A DNA stretch of 62,927 nt, filler included, from Octopus bimaculoides (lineage: Eukaryota), in the NCBI RefSeq assembly GCF_001194135.2. It is 4 parts of 4 records of this genome, joined end to end, with 100 filler letters (N's around TTAATTAATTAA, not from the genome) between each part and the next. Parts side by side here need not be neighbours in the genome. Positions count along the whole stretch, not along the records: positions 35,612 to 51,934 come from NC_068991.1; 3 more parts are not named here. One strand, written 5' to 3'. The translations under genes were made by a program, and so were the position numbers. Under the pieces are notes generated by a model. The model had not been told where the DNA came from and made no database searches. It saw only the letters and a program-made list of their open reading frames with translations. Below, one piece after another: positions 39,684 through 51,433 of the stretch (within the stretch, counting starts at the first letter, position 1; every line of letters starts with the position of its first letter).

Positions 39684-39780
39684 ACACACAAGCAGATATA
39701 TAGAAAACCTTATACACACACAAGCAGATATATGGAAAACCTTATACACACACAAGCAGATATATGGAAAACCTTATACA
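39684..39780. repeat. 32-bp minisatellite x3
   Basis: acacacaagcagatatat(a/g)gaaaaccttatac repeated three times. Confidence 0.9.
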
Positions 39781-40069
39781 CATACACACACACATGTATA
39801 GAAATGATAAAGACAGACGATAAAAGTAGGCGTGATGCATGTATTCACATGGAAGTTGCGTATACAAATAAATGATGTAATCAAGACTTGTATTCACAGC
39901 GAGTTGGAGTATAAGTTCCGGGTTTATCTGAACACTACCTGGTGACTATCTATAGCACGCTTTGGCAATCAATAACACATTCTTTATGTACCAACGCACA
40001 TAAATACACACATATATGCATACATACATCAATATCCTTACAAACAGAAACACACACACATTTATATGC

Positions 40070-40070
<1 letters not shown>

Positions 40071-40135
<65 letters not shown>

Positions 40136-40171
40136 GTAGGTAGATGGATAGGTAGGTAGATAGATAGATAA

Positions 40172-40227
<56 letters not shown>

Positions 40228-40236
40228 GTAGGTAGA
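40071..40236. repeat. (GATA)n microsatellite
   Basis: Direct inspection. Confidence 0.95.
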
Positions 40237-40664
40237 TACAGGTTTGGTGATGCAAACAGGAAAAGTAGAACTCAAAGCATGAGTATATATNNNNNNNNNN
40301 NNNNNNNNNNNNNNNNNNNNNNNNNNNNNNNNNNNNNNNNNNNNNNNNNNNNNNNNNNNNNNNNNNNNNNNNNNNNNNNNNNNNNNNNNNNNNNNNNNNN
40401 NNNNNNNNNNNNNNNNNNNNNNNNNNNNNNNNNNNNNTATATATATATATAAATGTATGTATATATATTATTTATTTATTTGTACGAATATTTAGAGATT
40501 ACATGTATGCGTGTATGCATTGATGTATAAATGTAAGTATGTATGTATGTATGTATGTATGCGTATGTATATGTATGTGCATGTGTGTGTATATGTATGT
40601 ATATGGATGTAAGTATATGTATATGTGTATCTACGTATATGTATGTGTGTGTGTGTGTGTGTGT

Positions 40665-40701
<37 letters not shown>

Positions 40702-40837
40702 CCTCTCTATCCTTTATATTCCTTCTTTCTTCTTACTCTGTTTCCACCACGCTACTCTCCTTCCCCCTCTCTCTCTCTTTCCACACCTCTCTTTCTCACT
40801 CTCTCTCTTTATATATATCTCTCTACCTTACACTCTA

Positions 40838-40882
<45 letters not shown>

Positions 40883-41274
40883 TATAGTGATCAACTTCTG
40901 TATTATGTCGGACTGCCCATAACAACAGCCAAAGCCAGCCTGCGTTCATATTGTTTTAACGATTGTCTGTGTCACTCAGTAAGATGACGTAACCCGCTTC
41001 TTTATCCGATGCGCTAAATATAAAATACACAACCATCCATCCAGCCGTCCGTCTGTCCATCCATCCAGCCATACATCCATGCATGCATGCATATATGCGT
41101 ACGTACGTACATACATGCAAGCATTATTCATTCATGTATATGTGTGTGTGTGCGTGTGTGCGAGAGAGAGAGAGAGAGAGTGAGAGAGAATATATACATA
41201 AATATATACATATACATATATATAAACATATATAGATACATTTATATATGCAGATATAAACATTTATATAGATA

Positions 41275-41670
41275 GGCGCAGGAGTGGCTGTGTGGTAAGT
41301 AGCTTGCTTACCAACCACATGGTTCCGGGTTCAGTCCCACTGCGTGGCACCTTGGGCAAGTGTCTTCTACTATAGCCTCGGGCCGACCAAAGCCTTGTGA
41401 GTGGATTTGGTAGACGGAAACTGAAAGAAGCCCGTCGTATATATGTATATATGTATGTGTGCTTGTGTCTGTGTTTGTCCCCCCACCATCGCGTGACAAC
41501 CGATGCTGGTGTGTTTACGTCCCCGTAACTTAGCGGCTTGGCAAAAAGAGATCCGATAGAATAAGTACTAGGCTTACAAAAGAATAAGTCCTGCGGTCGA
41601 TTTCTCGACTAAAGGCGGTGCTCCAGCATGGCCGCAGTCAAATGACTGAAACAAGTAAAAGAGTAAAAGA
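41275..41670 (+). mobile_element. SINE family A, full length, apparently young
   Basis: ggcgcaggagtggctgtgtggtaag (A box), ggttcagtccc (B box), core, internal (TG)-rich tract, gagtaaaagag tail. Confidence 0.95.
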
Positions 41671-42485
41671 GAGAGAGTAAGAGATATACATAAATACATA
41701 CAGAGAGAGACAGACAGACAGGCAGGCAGATAGACATATATATGTGTGCGTGCGTGCGTGCGTTCGTGCGTGCATGTGCGTGCACGTGTGTGTGCGTGTG
41801 TGTAAGCACATACATACGTACATTCATGCACCGATTCATATGTACAAACATACATGCATATTTACATGCATTTAACCATAAGTTCTTATAGCGATATAAG
41901 CATAAATATATGTGAACATGCATACATACGTATCTATCTATCTATCTACCTATATGTCTGTGTGTGTCTTTGTTTCGAGACCTTCGAAATTGGTGAGAAG
42001 AGATAAAGTTACCTCCAAACCGGAGTTGCTTGCAACGGAGTGAACTCTGTTAAAGTCAGCCAAGAACCAGGTGGTGGTGTTAAACCGGGCAACTGATTAA
42101 GAATCCCATATAAGAGCTAAGAAGGCAAAGAGCTAGAATAAATACCGTTTGACCCCGTGGTAATTCACTTTTATTTTATCGACCCAAAAGTTTTACAACA
42201 TCTCCGTAATTAACCTGTCTGTTTTCCTATATTTGATGAAGATTTCTATAAGCACCTAGGAATGGATGGAAATATAGCTTATGACAGTACATCTTACAGG
42301 TACCTAAGGATGGATTTCTATAGAGAACTAGGGATAGATGAAAATATAACTTAAGTGACAGGGAAAACAAAACCCAGCATTAAAACAACGTGATCCTTAT
42401 GGCTATCTTTGTACAAGGAATCTTTGCTCCACATTCTTATTTTCATTTCAATGGCGATATCGACCACCTTAAGCTTAAAATCGCA

Positions 42486-42720
42486 TCTTATTTCTTTCTT
42501 GCCCACAAGGGGCTAAACATAGAGGGGACAAACAAGGACAGACAAAGGGATTAAGTCGATTACATCGACCCCAGTGCATAACTGGTACTTAATTTATCGA
42601 CCCCGAAAGGATGAAAGGCAAAGTCGACTTTGGCGGAATTTGAACTCTGAACGTAACGGCAGACAAAATACCGCTAAGCATTTCGTCCGGCGTGCTAACG
42701 ATTCTGCCAGCTCGCTGCCT
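42486..42720 (-). mobile_element. SINE family B, full length
   Basis: Reverse complement ggcagcgagctggcagaatcgttagcacgccggacgaaatgcttagcgg...ccccttgtgggcaagaaagaaataag. Confidence 0.92.
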
Positions 42721-42721
42721 T

Positions 42722-43197
42722 ATTTGCGCCCTTTTAATGCCTAGCCAGGCTCATGGGCCCGGTTTCCNNNNNNNNNNNNNNNNNNNNNNNNNNNNNNNNN
42801 NNNNNNNNNNNNNNNNNNNNNNNNNNNNNNNNNNNNNNNNNNNNNNNNNNNNNNNNNNNNNNNNNNNNNNNNNNNNNNNNNNNNNNNNNNNNNNNNNNNN
42901 NNNNNNNNNNNNNNNNNNNNNNNNNNNNNNNNNNNNNNNNNNNNNNNNNNNNNNNNNNNNNNNNNNNNNNNNNNNNNNNNNNNNNNNNNNNNNNNNNNNN
43001 NNNNNNNNNNNNNNNNNNNNNNNNNNNNNNNNNNNNCATCGCAGCGTTACTCATTTTTGCCAGCTGAGTGGACTGGAGCAACGTGAAATGAAGTGTTTTG
43101 CTCAAGAACACAACGCGTCGCCCGGTCCAGGAATCGAAACCACAATCTTACGATCGTGATGCTGACAACCTAACCACTAGGCCACGCACCTCCACTA
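42722..43197 (-). mobile_element. SINE family D interrupted by an assembly gap
   Basis: Head gtggaggtgcgtggcctagtggttagg, B box ggtttcgattcc, CORE-like gtgttcttgagcaaaacacttcatttcacgttgctccag; 3' end before the gap. Confidence 0.8.
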
Positions 43198-43779
43198 AAA
43201 TCAATCTTAAAATCACATCTACTAACCAACAAGTGCCAAAGAGCATACATGGATCGAGTCTGCCTGCATGAGGCAGAACAGCATCACGGGAGTTGGAATA
43301 GAGCTTCTCAGAATTCTCTTAATAGATGATCAGCGATACAAACCCAGGAAGTCGTCCCTGTGAAACTTTCCACAAATATAAACGAATCCCGATTAAAATT
43401 CCACCCACGAGTAGAAACAAAAAGTAGGAACTGACTTGACCTGGTTTCGAACCTTGTTGGGTTCTCTTCATAAGCCATATACCAACTTCTTTGCCACCCA
43501 GTCAGATATATACCTTATAGTTATATTTAGCCCCTGAATGTATTTGTTTCTGGATATCGGTTGACATGATTTGCATTAATAATGCATCACCTGCCGATTT
43601 AGTCATGCATACAGTTTACCAGACTGACAGACTGACGGACACACAGACAGGCACTTGTTTACATTTGCGCAACCTCACAGCGTTGACTGAAAAAACCTTT
43701 AACCACTTAAATTATCTATACACGCCGTTTAATGTAATAACAATTTTTATGCGTGTATGTATGCATGTATGTATGTATG

Positions 43780-43810
<31 letters not shown>

Positions 43811-44598
43811 NNNNNNNNNNNNNNNNNNNNNNNNNNNNNNNNNNNNNNNNNNNNNNNNNNNNNNNNNNNNNNNNNNNNNNNNNNNNNNNNNNNNNNNNNN
43901 NNNNNNNNNNNNNNNNNNNNNNNNNNNNNNNNNNNNNNNNNNNNNNNNNNNNNNNNNNNNNNNNNNNNNNNNNNNNNNNNNNNNNNNNNNNNNNNNNNNN
44001 NNNNNNNNNNNNNNNNNNNNNNNNNNNNNNNNNNNNNNNNNNNNNNNNNNNNNNNNNNNNNNNNNNNNNNNNNNNNNNNNNNNNNNNNNNNNNNNNNNNN
44101 NNNNNNNNNNNNNNNNNNNNNNNNNNNNNNNNNNNNNNNNNNNNNNNNNNNNNNNNNNNNNNNNNNNNNNNNNNNNNNNNNNNNNNNNNNNNNNNNNNNN
44201 NNNNNNNNNNNNNNNNNNNNNNNNNNNNNNNNNNNNNNNNNNNNNNNNNNNNNNNNNNNNNNNNNNNNNNNNNNNNNNNNNNNNNNNNNNNNNNNNNNNN
44301 NNNNNNNNNNNNNNNNNNNNNNNNNNNNNNNNNNNNNNNNNNNNNNNNNNNNNNNNNNNNNNNNNNNNNNNNNNNNNNNNNNNNNNNNNNNNNNNNNNNN
44401 NNNNNNNNNNNNNNNNNNNNNNNNNNNNNNNNNNNNNNNNNNNNNNNNNNNNNNNNNNNNNNNNNNNNNNNNNNNNNNNNNNNNNNNNNNNNNNNNNNNN
44501 NNNNNNNNNNNNNNNNNNNNNNNNNNNNNNNNNNNNNNNNNNNNNNNNNNNNNNNNNNNNNNNNNNNNNNNNNNNNNNNNNNNNNNNNNNNNNNNNNN

Positions 44599-44633
<35 letters not shown>

Positions 44634-44717
44634 TCAAAAAAACACAAAAAACAATAACAAAAAACAACAAAGTGAGGACGTGATACGGATAGTGTTATTG
44701 GACGCTCGGGAAAGGAA

Positions 44718-44752
<35 letters not shown>

Positions 44753-45344
44753 CATACATACAGAGAGAGAGGGGAGAGAGAGAGAAGTATATAGAGAAAG
44801 AGATGGAGGGAGAGAAGTCGAGAAAATGGAAGACAGGTACAAAAGTATTAGTGAGAATAGAGACAGACTGAGTGATCAGCGAAAGAGACAGAGAGAGAAA
44901 GCAGATACAAATAAACAGGTGTAGAGAGAGAGGGGGGGAGAAGAGTGAGGAGAAATGAGAGAAAAGAGAGAGAGAGAGAGGGGTGGAAGAGAGAGAGAAG
45001 GAGACACGAAAGAGTGATATACTTGTAGCATTAATATGGTGTTTGTTTTGTAGGGGGGGGGGTCGTCTGCTTGTGTGAACAGTTTCATCATGAATAAATA
45101 AAAAGAAATGATGTGTTTGATTTACTGGCAGCATTTATTAAGAATCAGAGGAGAGAGACTGGGAATGGGAGGTAAACATATATATATAAGAAATAGGTAG
45201 AATGGTTAAGGAGTTCGTTTTGCAATCATGATTTCCGGAGTTCGAGCTCATTGAGCGGTACCATTTGCAATCGTCTTCTGTTCACACAAGCAGACGACCT
45301 CCCCACACAAAACAAACACCATCTGCATGAGCTCAAGTCGACCG

Positions 45345-45510
45345 ACTCTATCTTTTACTTCTTTCATTCTTTGCACTTTAGAGTGCTTAGTCGAACAAAT
45401 CGACCCTAGTACTTATTCTTATACATATTCTATCTTTCTCTTTTTTGCTGAACCGTTCAGTCACGGTGACGTGAACAAACTAAACATGGGCGGTCAAGCA
45501 GTAGTGGGGG
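45345..45510 (-). mobile_element. SINE family A 3' half (a diverged 5' head lies on + at about 45195-45277)
   Basis: gtcgaacaaatcgaccctagtacttattc...gctgaaccgttcagtcacggtgacgtgaacaaac. Confidence 0.65.
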
Positions 45511-46468
45511 ATAAATATAACTTTTACACCTAGTTCCTTGGTGGAGAGGGCTTTAACAGGGTTCTCTCTATTGCAAGGATTCCTCTCTTCCACCTGTCAG
45601 TTTTGGTGTCTCTGAAAGAAAATCACAAGCACCGCTCTTCCTCCTTTCACAATCTTATGCAAAACAAATCGAGACTGCATTACACACAATTTCATCATTA
45701 CCCCAAGTACGAAGGTACTGTTTACTCGCTGTTAGCTAACGTATTTCTATGACAGAGTTTTCCATTTCTCATTGCTGTGTATTTTCTTTGTTTTGTTTTT
45801 GTTTTGTTTCGATTTTGTTTAATTTTCTTTTTACATTTATTCCACTTATTGCACCTAAAGGGAGCTTCCACCTAACCGCTCGACTCGCTAGAAATAACAG
45901 TCAGTGCACTACTACTACTACTACATCTTAAAACACTATCCACCATTTTGCAGCGTTCGACATGACAATAAAGTGTGTATTGAAAGGAGAATTGGAAAAC
46001 AAGGATCATGGTCAGTTTTTCTAACACCTACGGTGACTTTTGAGCTCTAAGTGTCTGACATGGTGGGGACGTCAGATAAGGGTGACGACAACGGCAGAGA
46101 TGATGATGATGATGATGATNNNNNNNNNNNNNNNNNNNNNNNNNNNNNNNNNNNNNNNNNNNNNNNNNNNNNNNNNNNNNNNNNNNNNNNNNNNNNNNNN
46201 NNNNNNNNNNNNNNNNNNNNNNNNNNNNNNNNNNNNNNNNNNNNNNNNNNNNNNNNNNNNNNNNNNNNNNNNNNNNNNNNNNNNNNNNNNNNNNNNNNNN
46301 NNNNNNNNNNNNNNNNNNNNNNNNNNNNNNNNNNNNNNNNNNNNNNNNNNNNNNNNNNNNNNNNNNNNNNNNNNNNNNNNNNNNNNNNNNNNNNNNNNNN
46401 NNNNNNNNNNNNNNNNNNNNNNNNNNNNNNNNNNNNNNNNNNNNNNNNNNNNNNNNNNNNNNNNNNNN

Positions 46469-46535
46469 GGACGAGGAAGAGGACAAGGACGAGGAAGAGG
46501 ACAAGGACGAGGAAGAGGACAAGGACGAGGAAGAG
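46469..46535. repeat. 18-bp tandem repeat (ggacgaggaagaggacaa) x3 or more at a gap edge
   Basis: Direct inspection. Confidence 0.85.
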
Positions 46536-47071
46536 GAGGAGGTCGACGACTACGAAAATAATGATGATGATGATGATGATGATCATGATGATCATGGTGA
46601 TTGGGGGAGGTTGTGGAAGATGGTGATTTTCATAACAGAGTTCTTTAATCTTTTCCATTTTTCTTTCCTCAGGTTCCGGAGCTTCTCTGAATGGCCTGAA
46701 CCAAATGGACAAGAAGCATGTAAGTGGAAAGAATCTAGCGACGTTTCTTGTAACAGTTCTGAGTGAGTGAGAATGCGTGTGTGCATGTATGTGTGTGAGG
46801 GAGAGAGAGAGATGGAAAATGCGTGTGTGCACGCGCGCTCGTGTGTGTGTGTGAACGTAGAATGTATGTGCATCCATGTGAGTGATTTTGTGTCTGTGCT
46901 TCCATGCATGTGTGCACGTGCTGTGTCTTCTTGTATAGCCGCAACCTCCTCTTGAATTACCATTTTAACGTTACCACGAAAAGTCATTACCAGTGCCACC
47001 CTGACCGCATGGACAAACATACGCTTAAAGACATACACATATATACAGCACGGACGCATACGCACACATAC

Positions 47072-47110
<39 letters not shown>

Positions 47111-47169
47111 CACATAATTTTTAAAATAGGATAAAATCTTTATAAGGATTTATCAAGCAGTTAGCTTGC

Positions 47170-47400
47170 TCATGAAATTAATGTGCACGTGGCTGAGCAT
47201 TCCACCCTTAATGCAGTTCTCAGGGAGATTCAATGTGACACTTTGAAACACAGATACCACTCAATTTTGCCAGGTGAATGAACTGGAGCAACGTGGACTA
47301 GAGTGTCTTGCTCAAGGACACAACGCGTCGCCGGTAATTGAACTCACGACCTTGCAATCGTGAGTCAAATACCCTCATCATTAAGCCACGCGTCTTCACA
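47170..47400 (-). mobile_element. Mosaic SINE: family D-like head and core with family C-like tail
   Basis: actggagcaacgtg...gtgtcttgctcaaggacacaacgcgtcgcc (as 43075-43120) next to aaattaatgtgcacgtggctgagcattcc...cccttaa...gttctc (as 6968-7030). Confidence 0.7.
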
Positions 47401-47572
47401 TAGCGAATATATAATGTTAACTAAACAACAAATAGGACGAGCCTACTAGAAAAAATAGTTTAATTTCCTCCTTTTGATTGCCCCATATGTTTTACTTTAG
47501 TGATAGAGCTAAAATTTATCCCTTCAGTTACTTCATAGCAGCGTTAATTACAATTCTACAGCAGAATCATAT

Positions 47573-47975
47573 TGTAGTGGCGCGAAATTATGGCCGCCAT
47601 TAAGGAAGTACAATCTACGTATGCACAAGGGACTTGCCTTCCCGGAAGCCCCTCGAGTGCGCATGCGTAGTAAAACCAGTACTTAAAGAGTTTCTTTCGT
47701 TTTCTAAGCCTCTTCAGCATGATGCCTTCGACGTGACAGCTACTTGTTCCTTTGGCATGCATCAACGAAGCTCTTAACCTTCCAATGCCGATTACAAGTT
47801 AACCAGCGGCTGCTAAACTGAATGACACAGGATTTGTAAAACCAAGCATCACCAAAAAATAAAACTTATTTTTATTATGTTGTTAATTGTTCTACTGTTT
47901 CTTAATATATAATTTTGTTGAAAGGTGATAGAGAGAGACTAATGTCTCTATTGCAACTACCAACCTTTTACAATA
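47573..47975 (+). promoter_or_regulatory. Promoter-like cassette, copy 1 (E2F, YY1, ETS and NRF1-like motifs)
   Basis: tggcgcgaaa, gccgccatt, ccggaag, tgcgcatgcgta clustered in about 110 bp; paralogous to 48203-48660. Confidence 0.5.
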
Positions 47976-48202
47976 TTTAATGTTTCTTATTTATTTCGTA
48001 GATAACAAGAAAAATTAAAATCTGATTACATACATATATTTTAATCTAACTGCACGTCACCAGCGTGATGTTGAATTTAAGACTGTAAGTATCGGGACAG
48101 ATACAATTTTCTCACATTGAACAATTTAGCTTCAGATGTCATAACTGGAATACCCTTGTTCATAGATTTGCTCAGTCAGGGTTAGCCAAGGGCTATTAAA
48201 AC

Positions 48203-48660
48203 TGTAGTGGCGCGAAATTATAGCCGCCATTGAGGAAGTACTATTCTGCGCATGCGTAGGGGACTTCACCACCGGAAGCCCCTCGAGTTGCGCATGCGTA
48301 GTAAAACTCGTACTTAAATCAGTTAGTTTCATTTTCTCAGCGAGTTGAGCCTGAGACCTTCGACGTGACAACACCTCGCTCCTCCACGAAGCACTTCTTC
48401 ACCACGATGCCTTCGATGGTGATAGCTACTTGCTTCTCTGGCAGGCATCAAGGAAGCCCTTAACCTTCCATTACCAAATTACAACTTAATCAGCGGCTGC
48501 TAAGCTGAATGACAGGAATTGTGAAACCAAGCATCATCAAAAAAAAAAAAAAACTTATTTTTATTATGTTGTAAAATTGTTCTAATGTCTCTTCATATAT
48601 AATGCTGTTGAAAGGTGATAGAGAGAGACGTCTCTATGACAACTATCAAATTTTTACAAA
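48203..48660 (+). promoter_or_regulatory. Promoter-like cassette, copy 2
   Basis: Same motifs with two tgcgcatgcgta sites; about 630 bp downstream of copy 1. Confidence 0.5.
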
Positions 48661-48961
48661 ACAATCCTTTTTATTCACTACTATTTTTAAAAATAAAAAA
48701 CAGGAAGCCGAAGAATTAGAAGACCAACTTCATTTGGAAAAACGTAAAGTGAAGACCAGCAGTGAGAGAGAGATGAATCCAGAAGTGACAACCACAATGG
48801 AAGTGACGACTGCGATGGACCTACCGCTGACGACAGAGCTTAACGAAGAAAACATCCTGGAGACACTTGGCGTTAACGGATTCGTCCATTTGGTTTCTTC
48901 CGTTTTTGAGCATCATCCGCAAGTGTTGAAGGAATTCCTGTCCCGTAAGTCTGCCAAGTAG
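48602..48961 (+). CDS. Hypothetical protein ORF or exon (EAEELEDQLHLEKRKVK...LNEENILETLGVNGFVHLVSSVFEHHPQVLKEFL)
   Basis: 119-codon non-repetitive ORF with protein-like composition; GTAAGT donor at 48945; AATAAA at 49081. Confidence 0.45.
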   Translation: MLLKGDRERRLYDNYQIFTKQSFLFTTIFKNKKQEAEELEDQLHLEKRKVKTSSEREMNPEVTTTMEVTTAMDLPLTTELNEENILETLGVNGFVHLVSSVFEHHPQVLKEFLSRKSAK

Positions 48962-49139
48962 CTACTCCACCACATATATATATATATACATACATATATC
49001 ACGTAGGTAAAGTAAATGTTAGAGGTAATACTTGATAATTGTAAGCACCTGTGTATGCCAGATCGTGGCCGGGGTGAAGGAATAAATTGGAAATGTAAAA
49101 ATAAAAACAAAACACAAAAGATTCTGCGGTACACGTGTT

Positions 49140-49285
49140 TCAAGCTTTATAGTTGTTGCATCATTATTGGTATATAATTGATAGTGTAAAGCTATCTTCA
49201 GCCGGGAAAGAATACATTTGCGGCTGAAGATAGCTTTATACTATCAATTATATACCAATAATGATGCAACAACTATAAAGCTTGA
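49140..49285. repeat. 65-bp near-perfect inverted repeat with a 16-nt loop, abutting a gap
   Basis: 49140-49204 versus 49221-49285: 64/65 complementary, the exception being a G-T pair. Confidence 0.9.
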
Positions 49286-49669
49286 NNNNNNNNNNNNNNN
49301 NNNNNNNNNNNNNNNNNNNNNNNNNNNNNNNNNNNNNNNNNNNNNNNNNNNNNNNNNNNNNNNNNNNNNNNNNNNNNNNNNNNNNNNNNNNNNNNNNNNN
49401 NNNNNNNNNNNNNNNNNNNNNNNNNNNNNNNNNNNNNNNNNNNNNNNNNNNNNNNNNNNNNNNNNNNNNNNNNNNNNNNNNNNNNNNNNNNNNNNNNNNN
49501 NNNNNNNNNNNNNNNNNNNNNNNNNNNNNNNNNNNNNNNNNNNNNNNNNNNNNNNNNNNNNNNNNNNNNNNNNNNNNNNNNNNNNNNNNNNNNNNNNNNN
49601 NNNNNNNNNNNNNNNNCTGAAATGTGAAATTTACGTGAGATTGTTTTTCTACTACTAGAAAAATACTTA

Positions 49670-49890
49670 ATGCGGCGAGCTGGCAGAGACGTTAGCATGC
49701 CGGGCGAAACGCTTATGGGTATTTCATCTGTCTTTGTGTTCTGAGTTCAAATTCCGCCGAGGTCGACTTTGCCTGTCATCCTTTCGGTGTCGATAAATTA
49801 AGTACCAGTTGCGTACTGGGGTTCGATCTAATTGACTGCCTCCCTCCCCAAAAATTTCGGGCCTTGTGCCTAGAGTAGAAAAGAATATTA
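49670..49890 (+). mobile_element. SINE family B
   Basis: gcggcgagctggcagagacgttagcatgccgggcgaaa...gagttcaaattccgccgaggtcgactttgcc. Confidence 0.9.
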
Positions 49891-50193
49891 GAAAAAAAAC
49901 TTGTACATATGTAGAATTAAAAATGGAGTGCGCACACACACATGTGTGTGCGTATGTTTGTGCGAGTGAGTGCTCCTGATTTTGCGCGAGTACCTTGCAT
50001 TGAGTATATATTTTATGAGCAAGAGGAATTTGTTAAACCAACACCACCTTCATTATCGCCAAAAATAAAAATAATAAAATTTATTTGGTAGCTTTGTGCT
50101 AATGTTTGAAAATTTTCATCACTACCAACATCATTATCTCATCGTTAATGTTTTTGTTGTTGTTTACATTTTTTTTTTCATTTTGGTTTCTAG

Positions 50194-50537
50194 GGAAGAG
50201 CAATCTTCTAGTAAAACATTCTTCAATGAATGGAAGACCCACTCACCACCACATCAGACCACATCTACCCGAAACTGCAAATTCTGGCAGTTATCTGCCT
50301 GCCCACTACAAGAAGTCCAACTTATTGAACCACGGTGTAAGTAGTTTAAAACCTCCATCGTGGTCAGTGCGGTTTCCGAAGTCAGTGACCAGTGTTTTAT
50401 TATTTTTTTCCTTCTTGCTGGGTCAGGAGAAACACGTAGTATCCGTGGGCTTCGTAAACCCTCTGAAACCGGCGAGATTGATGTCGTTAATGTTCTTGTT
50501 GAACTGTTACAAATCCCCACGTGCAGAAAACACTTAA
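50194..50537 (+). CDS. Candidate exons 50194-50336 and 50427-50537 (90-nt intron)
   Basis: Acceptors ttttggtttctAG and ccttcttgctgggtcAG; donor GTAAGT at 50337; phases compatible with the 48944 donor; no recognisable domain. Confidence 0.3.
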
Positions 50538-51375
50538 ACAAGGAGAGAGTTATAGAGGGTGGGCGTTCTGAGAGGAATAACTGTTCGTGAGGGTTAGTGA
50601 GACACCTGGGGTCGGTTACAACACGAATAACGAAAAAAAAAAGGAAGTCGGAAATGTCAAAGTGGACGTGGCATGAGCCCATCAGCTTCGAGGAGTAGAA
50701 GCTATTATAATACTAGTAGAAAAAGCAGAAAGAGAGAACCACGCACCTGAAGGCCAGAGACTGGAGTGTCTATTGGTCTTGTTCTTGTTTTTGCTTTTGT
50801 TATTGTCAGCTCAGGTCAGCCCTTTTCAAGTAGACTAATATTCAGAATCATTTCAGCCATGACTATCACGTCAAATTAGTTTTGAAACATAGTCTATCTA
50901 ATTACCCATATTCATTAGTGAGTTCGGGATATTTCAGTGTTGGTGTCTTAATTAGTATTGTAGTGGATGACGTCGAGTTCTTCTTTGAAGTAAATCAGCA
51001 GAAACTTTAACATATGCTGACCAGCTGAAATAAGTTCGGATTTTTGGTTCAAGATAAACAGTCGTGCGGAATATGTGGAGCTTCTCTGTGTGACAGAAGC
51101 TACAACACATCTATTTCTAAATGCTTGCGTTCTCTTTATTCTCTCTCACAATCTTTAATTCTTACAAACGTTTAGATAGTTATGTGATGTTTTCAAAATA
51201 CCTGAATCAAAACGAGCTACAAGCCTTTTTTTTTAAAGACTTTTATTCATCCTCGTAGAGCAGTTTAAGGTTTCGCTTTTATCATTAAATATTCAACCAG
51301 ATTTCTCTTGTACTGAAGAATTTTTGTTGTCTAAAACACGACAATAAAATAATAGAACTAAACTATTTGTTTCAG

Positions 51376-51433
51376 CCTCTTCGAAGACACTACAACCCAA
51401 CAGAAAAAAGACACCAAAACCATATCTACCAAG
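51376..51433 (+). CDS. Candidate 58-nt exon
   Basis: Acceptor ctatttgtttcAG, donor AAG|GTGAGT; all three frames open. Confidence 0.4.
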
